Positions 41,401 to 50,121 of a stretch of 64,000 nt of DNA are shown piece by piece. The notes below the pieces were generated by a model. The model saw nothing but the letters and a program-made list of their open reading frames with translations. It was not told where the DNA came from and did not search any database. Where the stretch lies: NCBI GenBank assembly GCA_001643675.2, contig LSRY02000014.1, positions 248,001 through 312,000 of the forward strand, in the 5' to 3' direction. Each line of letters begins with the position of its first letter. Position 1 is the stretch's first letter. The position numbers were made by a program, and so were the translations under genes. This stretch comes from Monocercomonoides exilis PA203 (lineage: Eukaryota > Protista > Preaxostyla).

Positions 41401-41883
41401 TAAAGATATGCTTGTTCCACATCTTCTTTCCTGACGTCACTGCTTGTGAATGAAGCGGATTCGCAAACAAAACTGAAATCATCTCCGAAAGCTTTTCGTT
41501 GCATATGTCCAAAATACCCACGAACTGCACAGCAAGCCACGTGACAGCATGTTCCCACAACATCAGCAGCGACAGTGGTATGTTCCGCGCAAACGCCCCA
41601 TCCACCTCAGGCACCATAATCCGCAGCCGCATCTCGATGTCGTTTATCGCTGCTATCGATATGAATGACTTCGTCACAGCCGACGCATCCGAAGGGTAAA
41701 TTGCAGGGGCTGATAATGATTTATCATCTCCTGTTGCCTTCTTCTCTTCGCTTTTCCGCCTCTGGAATGGAAAGCTGAACAGCGTGCTGCTCAAGTTGAA
41801 GAAGATGAAGACGAAGGCGCTGAGCGAAGATACGACTGCTGCGCTGAATCGGCCACAAGAGGCTTTTTTCGATACCACTCCAT
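38400..41883 (-). pseudogene. Degenerate gene of unknown family with Glu-rich tracts
   Basis: A chain of protein-like ORF pieces (41333-41878, 40946-41260, 40595-40942, 39279-39482, 38959-39147, 38684-39286) is broken by stops and frameshifts. GC is higher than in the flanks. No family recognised. Confidence 0.55.
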
Positions 41884-42839
41884 GTCAATTGGCAGTTCTA
41901 ATAGTGATACTGACACAACATTTTCATTTGTTTCAGAACTGTTAACAGCAGATAAAACCTGCTTTTTTGTGTAATTAAAAATGTTTGAAGCAGGATTTCT
42001 TTTGATAATGCGTTAATACAAAATGAAACGGAGAAGAAAAAGGCACATTTTGAGAAGAAAGAACTAGTTGAAACAAACTGTTTGAATCTAAATTTGAGAA
42101 AATTTTGTTTTTTTTGAGTTTGAAGCGAATGGTAATAAATTTTGAAAAATAATGCTTCATTCCACAATGTTCTAGAATTACATTAATAATTGCTTTTGAA
42201 AACTTCTTTTTGAATAACTTTCGATTGATACGAGTGAAGTTTTGATGAATTTTTCATGTTTGATGATTTCTTATTAAAAAATTCTTGAATTCAAGAAAAT
42301 CAATTTTATTTGTTTTTCTTCATAAGAAAGTGATTAAAACTTAATAAATGTCAATAAATTCAGAATGAATATTCTAATATATGAAATGAAAATGAAGAAA
42401 TAAGAATATGAAAATCATTTGATTCAAATAGCTGAAAATCATTTTCTTTCAAATGTGTATTGCAAAAAACGTTTAAAGTTCATATGATATCATCAAACTT
42501 GTATATTATTTTTCAATAATAAGCTCAGAAAATAATAAATAAACAAATATATATATATTGTATGGGAACGGAATGATCAACATTTTTTGATCATACGTGA
42601 TCTTTTGTGGGACAAAATTAAAGTCGAGGAACTTTTCAAAAAAATTTTGCCATATTATAAAACATGCAAGGCGTGAATTTTCCATTTTCAGAATCCTTTT
42701 TTTTCAATGAAAAGAATCAAAATTTCAAAAATATTATGGTTATGATCAAACAAATATCTAATGATGAAAATTGAAATCAACTTTTTTATGAATTATTTAA
42801 ATTTTTTGTATAATTCAAAGCTTTCTTTTTTTATTATAT

Positions 42840-43106
42840 GGGGGAAAATACGGACTTTCAAGCTTTTTATGCACAAGGAACTGAAAAATTGTATTGCTCA
42901 TAATTTTATTTCGCCTTCTTTGATTTTTAAATGAATTTTATTTTCAGATTCGTAAACATGCATCGTTGAAATCAAAACATCAAGTTTTTCAACATTTCAC
43001 AAATGTCAAAAAAAAAAACTATTTTTTCATGTTTTTTGATCGAAAAAAGTCAATCAAAAGTGTATAATTTTTCAATAAAAATGCCTGAAGCAGAATATTT
43101 TGCACC
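42840..43106 (+). mobile_element. MITE family A, copy 1 (267 bp, AT-flanked), nested in the 7.2-kb element
   Basis: Starts GGGGGAAAATACGGACTTTCAAGC and ends GCCTGAAGCAGAATATTTTGCACC. ATAT on both sides; colinear with 44392-44659. Confidence 0.75.
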
Positions 43107-43609
43107 ATATAAAAAGAAAATAACAAAAGTTCTCAATTCATTTAAGTATTTTTTATTTTCACCTTTCATCTTGCGCAATCATTGAAACACTCGTTTTTCG
43201 TGTGTGAAAAATTGATTTTTTGATTTAAACACTAACCCTCTTCATAAAAATAATAGACAAAAATTAAACGCAAACTCAAAACCTAAAATTTCGATTCGAA
43301 GGAAAACCCTAAAGCAGAACGAAACCCGAAAAGTTCATTTTCACGAAATATTTTTCCTTAAAAACTTACAAAACAATCCAATAAAAATTTCAAACATCTT
43401 TAATTGACTTCATATGAATCGAAAGATTTTTTCTCACAAATTTATTTGTTCCAAACAATGAAATTTCCAAAAATCGTTCAACTTGCAAACAAAAATTTTT
43501 TTTATTTGTTTGATAATAGCCATTATATTTTCGAAATTTTGATTTTTTTCATTGAAAAAAAATATTAGCAAGAATGAAAAATTCACCCCTAGCATGTTTT
43601 ATGAAATTG

Positions 43610-43683
43610 TATTTAATCATTCTATCACAAAAAATCCAAAAAAAAAACGAGTTTCTGAATGATCCTTAAAGTTCTGACTCACC
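43610..43683 (-). repeat. Right TIR (~74 bp)
   Basis: Reverse-complement match to 36496-36652. Confidence 0.85.
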
Positions 43684-43978
43684 AAATAAATTCTCAGTCG
43701 ATCCAATATTTTTAATCAGTCAAAAAAAAAAAAATTATTCAATAAGAGAAATTATTTTTGATTGATCATCTTTTTTTCTTGTAGACTTTTTGTGCAGTAT
43801 TTATATTTCTCTTCATAAATAAACCCTGGGTGAAGAGAAGGAAAATGTTCGGCATTTCCTTCAACCATTTTCCACTTCATAAAAATTAAAAGTGAAAAGA
43901 AGTCAAAAGAAAAAATGAAAAAGAAAAAAGAAAAAAGAAATATAAAAACCACTTCAACAAGATATTTGGATAACAATT

Positions 43979-44236
43979 GTGAAATTATTTTTGAATTCAT
44001 ATTTTTTCAACCAATAATTTCTGTCTGAGTTTTCACTTGAAATGCAGATTAATCGATATTGAAAAGTCATAGTTGCTCAAAAGATTGTTTTTTTAAAATA
44101 TGTTCTCGAATATCGCTTTTTTTAAATAAATTATTTTGTTATTTTTTCCTTCAAAAGAATAATTCCTCTTCCAAGTATCAAAATTTTGGAATTTGAAACA
44201 CTCCGAAAAATGTTATGATTTCAAAAATAATCACCC
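43979..44236 (-). mobile_element. MITE family B, copy 1 (258 bp, 4-bp TSD AATT)
   Basis: Termini GTGAAATTATTTTTGAATTCATA ... TATGATTTCAAAAATAATCACCC. AATT lies at 43975-43978 and 44237-44240. The ends match the reverse complement of 46004-46258. Confidence 0.7.
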
Positions 44237-44391
44237 AATTTCAAAATTCAAACATTCATAGGAAATGGATAATTTCATTTACACTTTTGAATATTGAACA
44301 AAATCCAAATTTTGCATTCTTTTTTTCTTTTGAATTATCATTTTTGGAAATTTTGAATATAAATAAATATGTGAAAAAAAATTGTAAATAT

Positions 44392-44659
44392 GGGGGAAAA
44401 TATGAACTTTCAAGCTTTTTATGCACAAAGCATGAAATAATTGTTTCACTTATAACATTTTTAAACTTTATCAGATTTTAAAATAAATTAGATTTTCATA
44501 TCTGTTTACAAACATCATTGATATAATAACATCATGTTGTGTTTCCTCTCATGTATTTTAAAAAACAAACCCATTTTTTACAAATTTTTTTATCACAAAA
44601 AGTCAACGAAAAGTGCATAATTTTTCAATGAAAATGCTTGAAGTGAAATATTTTGCCCC
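44392..44659 (+). mobile_element. MITE family A, copy 2 (268 bp, AT-flanked)
   Basis: TIRs GGGGGAAAATATGAACTTTCAAGC and GCTTGAAGTGAAATATTTTGCCCC (18/24 match); ATAT on both sides. Confidence 0.8.
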
Positions 44660-46003
44660 ATATGTTGAACGTTCGAAGGTGCATGAAATGCAATTTATTA
44701 TTAGCATTTATGAAAATGACAAGATTATAAAAAAATGCTTGTATTAATTTGAAAAAAGCAAAAATAAACTGTTTGAAAATAATTAATATGAAAATACAAT
44801 TATATCAATGAAAATGATATTGCTCAGAAAAAAAAAATAAAAATAAAATAAAAAAATTAAACATGTTTGTTCACAAATGTAGTGTTTTTTTTTGACTATT
44901 GAATTTAGCACAAAAATAATTTTTTATTGCTTTTCTCAATTTTTCGGTGTATTTTTTCATCGTTTTGGAAGGCCAATTATGCTTTTACTGAAAAAGTTTA
45001 AAACAGACTTTGTTCTTTTTTCACAAACGCTTAAATATTGCTCCAAATAACATGAATAGAGGTTCTATTTCTCGTCCGTTTCACACACGTTAAATGCATA
45101 TGTCAGAAAAAAACTTTTTTCTGACATTCTATAAATCGTCATTTATTTCCATCTTCTGCAATTCAAATTCTCACGTCATCATTATTTATGAAAAATAAAT
45201 GTTTCAAAATATTTATTAAAATATGTGAATGAAGAAAATACAACTCAAAAAATGTGAGGATATTTGACTTCAACTTCTCTGTTTTCAAGTTGAAAAAATA
45301 AGTTATAGAAGACATTCATTTGGGTGAAATTTTTTGTAAAGTCGCAACCGTATAATTTTCAAACAAATCAAATATTTAATATTTTAATGAAAATTTTGTT
45401 CGCGAACACCAAATTACACTAATATGGAATATATTTCTGGATAAAGCTATTTCAGGCATTCAAGCAAAGTTAGGTGAATACTTATAAAAATTTGAGCATT
45501 ATATGAAAATTTTGATTAATCTGTAAATTAAACAGTTGCGACTTTTCTTGAAGAATTACCCATTAGAAATATAATTTCTCCTCGAGAAAGAGAATGCAAA
45601 ATGATTTTGATGGTCATATAATTGGAAAAACAGAAGGAGATAAATGGAATCATTAAGAATAGTGTTGTAGAAAAATTTGAGAAACACAAATGCAGTTTCA
45701 AGCAGCCTTTGTTCATGTCCTCATGAATCAAATATGTTCAGAAATTTTAATACTTTGCTCAGTTCTATCAGAACATCAAAAAGAATTTCAAAACAGTGAA
45801 AATTGTTTGTTGAAATTGATCAATAGGAATTCTTCTGGAAGTTCTTTTAGAAAAATAATTCTTGACTCAATTATTTTTAAGCTGAAATCGAACAGTCTTT
45901 ATTATTTTTATTATTAATTTTTACCCGAAAATATACATCGTATATAATCACAATCGGATGCGGTCACTTATAAAAGTGAAAAATAAAATGTTTTGATAAA
46001 GGT

Positions 46004-46258
46004 GGGTGATTATTTTTGAAATCATAACTTTTTTCGGAACGCTGTTTTTTCAAAGGTTGTTAGTCTTTGGAAAGAAATCTTGAATTTTAGTGCAAAATAC
46101 TTTCCAATAGTTTCACAAACAAATGTTTTTGTTGAAATAAAGATGAAGACATCTTTAAAAAGCCATTTCATTTTTCAGTGTTAATTTGTTAATGCTCAAT
46201 GAAGTTTTTCTTTCCGAAAATTTTGTTTGAAAAAATATGATTACAAAAATAATTACCC
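46004..46258 (+). mobile_element. MITE family B, copy 2 (255 bp, 4-bp TSD AGGT)
   Basis: TIRs GGGTGATTATTTTTGAAATCATA and TATGATTACAAAAATAATTACCC. AGGT lies at 46000-46003 and 46259-46262. Confidence 0.8.
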
Positions 46259-46354
46259 AGGTTGTAATTATTATTGTAAGCAAATCATTCATTAGGAATA
46301 ATTGTTTAATAAAATCTGATTTCAAAAGTGATCTTCAAAATAAGGCCTCTGCGA

Positions 46355-46484
46355 CAAAAAAAAAAAAATAAAAAAAAAAAAAAAAAAAAAAAAATAAAGC
46401 GAGCAATATTGGTCGAAAGACATAACCAATGTTGAGTTTTTTTTATTTTTATTTTTTTTAATTTTCTATTTTTTTTTTTTTTTT
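46355..46484. repeat. Poly-A / 10-bp stem-loop / poly-T foldback
   Basis: A-tract 46355-46398, CAATATTGGT (46404-46413), 11-nt loop, ACCAATGTTG (46425-46434), then a T-rich tract to 46484. Confidence 0.55.
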
Positions 46485-47218
46485 AATTAATATTATTATA
46501 ATAATAATAATAATTAAAATTATTATTTTATCAATTGAATGATTTTGTTTCCACTCCAATAAACATCGTTGAATAGTTACGTCATTATTTAAAGATTTCA
46601 TTTTCATTTGAACTTTTTCGAATTGAGTTCATAATTTTAATTTGATTTAATCAATTTGCATCTAGTCAATCTTATTTGATTTGACTTAATCAAATCTGAT
46701 TTGAATAGATCATTTTTTGATCTTTTTATTAACAATTATGAGTCAATTTCGATCAAGATATTGACTTATTTTTTCAAACTCTCTTCTAAGTTGGCAGATC
46801 TTTCAAATACCACAAGTTTGTGATTTCTTTTTTTGATTGTTTTTAGTGTAAATTGTTTATTTTCAACATCTCTTATTCCGATTCGGATCATAATGAACAA
46901 TTTGAAACTAACGTTTTAAACACGAGCGAGAGATGATCAACAGTTGAAATCAATTTTATATCTGTATTTTTGATAGCAAAATAGCTATATTGATCTTATT
47001 TCGTTAACTTTATTGTTTTTGTTGCTTTTTTGTTTCATTTCATATTTATTAGTATGTTTTGTATAGAAAATTAACAAATATATAGAAATTTTATAAATAA
47101 ACACAATTTTTGTTTTTCATTCAAAAAAATAAATTCAGAATTGGAAATATTAATTAATAGAGATTATTAAAAAGATGAGATGGTTGAAAAAAGAAGTTAA
47201 AGAAAAATTTAATGATAT

Positions 47219-48778
47219 TCACTTTTTATTCAGCAACGATTGGAGAACAGATGTGGGTTTATTTTGTTTTGAATCAACAGAAGAGGAAGAAGAAGCAGTA
47301 GATGAAGATGATGATGAAAAGGAAGAAGAAGGTTGTGTTTGTGTAAATGAAGGAATAGGCTGAGTTGAAGATGGAGAAAAAATACTAATAGATTTCCATT
47401 GCTGTGGCAGGTGCCAAGCTTGTGAATTATCACAATTTTGATCTTCATCAAAATCTTTTCTTTCTTTTTCCAAAACATGTTCTCTTTGCTCACTTCTTTG
47501 TTCCAAAACTTCGCAATTCGCTCTTTCTCTTCTTTCTTTCGCTTTTTCTGCTTCGAACGACCTCAGATCATCATCAGAAGCATCTAAAATAAAAATATAT
47601 GATAAAATGTTGTTTATAAAAATGAAAAAATAGTCAAAGAAAATAAAAAATAATGGTAAAAAAGTGAAAGATAAGCCTCCTGTTTCTGCCAAAATTGTAG
47701 TTATTGTGGGTGTCTGGGTATTTTCTGGATTGAGTTTATTTTTCATTTTGGCGAAATATCTAGCATTAGCCACCTTCTTTGCATCAACTTTTCTCAAGTA
47801 ATTCGAATATAACTCCTCCAAAAACAATGAATTTGCTTCAAAATCCTTATTTGTGAGTTGATTGTACAAGATATGAAAGTTTGTAAGGCAGCAAGCCACT
47901 GAAAAATAGTACCCAACCCGCTCCATTTCAAAAACCCACGGATGACGGAAGACAGAAAAGAGAGTTTGAAGCCTTCCAAAGAATCTTTCAACAATGACAC
48001 GATGAGATGCGAGCTCAGAAGTTCCAACTGGCTTCGTTATAATCGCTCCAAGCTCTGGTTTCGCTCCTTTGAAAGCGGAATCGGCCAAAATCTTTGCTCC
48101 TCCAAGCTTTTGAACAAATGTGGGGTAATGTTCTTTGAAAATAGTGAAATCGTGAGTTGACCCAGAGTAGATAGAACTGATTGTACTTGCTGTCCCCACC
48201 TTGGGGTTCACTCCCACCTCCACCTTGACACAATAGATGTGATGCTTCCCTGAGTAGTATTTTTTTCCAAACTCCAACCTCCCTCCAGGTCTGTTTGTAG
48301 GAATAACTGTGCAGTCAAGCACAATTCCCACCTCCTTCATTAGCTCTAATCGATCTGGACGAAATGAAAGAAAAAGATTTGCAAGTTGAGGTTTTAAATT
48401 TGATGCTGTTGAATGAAGAAGTCGAACAGCTGATGTTTGAGATTCGTGTTTTGATTGAGATATGACGTGAGTTAAAGAAATGGAGCGGTGGTGAAGAAAA
48501 ACTAACAAAAGAAAAAGTTGTTCATCCAAAGATTCGATTGATTTTGCCCTTCCACGATGAGGTTGGGCTGATGATGAGAGAAGACGAAGAAGCAAGTCGA
48601 ATTCATAACGAACAAACCCAGTCAGTCGGTGAAAACCGAAAGATGGGTCAGTAAATTTTTAACAAAATTTATCTATGATTGATTGCTGATCTTCATCAGA
48701 TTTCATATCTATATGAGATGGCATCACATTTCTTTTCTCCACGCTCTTCAAAATATCGAAAAATGGAGATTGTGACAT
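47219..48778 (-). pseudogene. PIF/Harbinger-ISL2EU (DDE_Tnp_4, IS5-like) transposase with one premature stop
   Basis: Catalytic-core motifs 'IVLDCT', 'YYSGKH', 'GSTHD', 'ILADSAF', 'HRVIVERFFGRL'; N-terminal 'FHRLTGFVRYEFDLL'. The in-frame ATG at 48778 is separated from the core by a single TAA at 48661-48659. Probable 93-nt intron at 47676-47584. Confidence 0.88.
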
Positions 48779-50121
48779 GAATGATGTAGTTTCAAAAAAG
48801 TTAAATACAAAAACGCCCATTAATAACAATTATTATCGATCATATTCGCACGCACAATTATAGTAATTTGCATTGACTCAATCAAATCGATTTGTCTCGA
48901 TCTAATTTGCATTATATTAAACTTATCTGCTTTAGCAAAGGCAAATAATATATGACTTGTTCAAATCGCATAAGTTCTATTTTCAACAAAAATTTACCCA
49001 TATTATTTTTCTTAAATATTAAAAAACGCATTTTTCTTGTCTAAAAAAAAAAGTTAAAGACAGCAAAGATTCAATGCTATGTATGGAAATTTACTGATCC
49101 ACCAAATTTCATGATTTATTTAAATATAAGTTGTTTCAACTGACAATATTTTCAAAAGTTTGAATATATTACTATAACAGCATAATGAAGCCATATCATA
49201 ATACAAAAGCAAAATTTATAAGTTCGAAGTTGCTATTTGCAAATGGTGTGCTAAAGATGAAAGACATTACTTTAATTTTATTTTTCCATTTTCGAGAACT
49301 GATTTCAAAATAAACGAACTGCCCAATGCAAGAACATTCAGTTTCCAAATGTGATATTTTGCAAACCATTGATGCATAGTGATAAATGACATTTATTACA
49401 ACAATTGTCATCAATTTATTTGCAAAAGCTGAAATGAGAGCGAAGAAAAGATGATTCTGAAAAAGAAGACGATTATTTGATCAAAACAGGTTTTCTATTT
49501 CGAATTGAGTTGAATTTGAAGTATTACGTGAAAATGCACCACCATCAAAAGAGAATCACGAAGAAAATGATTGAATAACATTGATAAGAAAGAAAGAACA
49601 AAAAGTTGACAATTGATCAATGTGAAAGTTGCTGATCATCGGAAGCAGATGCGAATAAAATACTGTTTTTATCCAACAGCCTATTTTATTTTATTGTAAA
49701 CGGTTGACTCATAAAATAATGAAGAAAATCGGAAACAAACAAAAGAAAAAGACTCGGGGAATTTGTGGCAGAATTTTTGAACAAGTTTGATCATCAAACT
49801 TATCTTTTGAATTTTATTTTCTTTGTTATTTATTTTGCAATTAACGATTGGACCGTTATTTAGAGCAACTTTTGAGTAATTTCACGAAAATTGCGATTAA
49901 TTGTTGTATTGACACAGAAATGACCATATTTGCCTTATGATCTTCTGTGAAAATCTTCAATATGTTTGTTCTGCAAAAGTTGAGCAAGAAATATTTTTTT
50001 TGAAAAAATAATTTTCATCGAGCAAAAATTTAATATACAATTTTGATCAAAGCAGAAAATATTGATTGTTTGGAGAGAAGGAATTTTCTGCTGTCTGAGG
50101 CAGGAAGAGAAGCAGTTATCG

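Larger units (their letters stand above)
36496..43683. mobile_element. 7.2-kb non-autonomous TIR DNA transposon carrying gene fragments (Merlin- or MULE-like termini)
   Basis: The left end GGTTAATCACAACTTTAAGGAACATTCAGAAACTCG(T)n...GGATTTTTTTGTGATGGAATGATTTAATA matches the reverse complement of 43610-43683 (GGTGAGTCAGAACTTTAAGGATCATTCAGAAACTCG(T)10GGATTTTTTGTGATAGAATGATTAAATA). The identical 8-mer AAATAAAT abuts both ends (36488-36495 and 43684-43691). Confidence 0.8.

Noticed and set aside
45250-45950. Short ORFs or a decayed gene between the MITEs
   Set aside because: AT-rich, many stops in the frames I read, and no recognisable motif.
48659-48661. Non-standard genetic code (TAA=Gln) or readthrough
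   Set aside because: The transporter and DHHC genes end at TAA, and multi-kb ORFs contain no in-frame TAA/TAG.
46300-49800. TIRs for the Harbinger/ISL2EU transposase
   Set aside because: Only short partial matches (e.g. TTTACCCATAT near 48993); no convincing inverted pair with a TSD.
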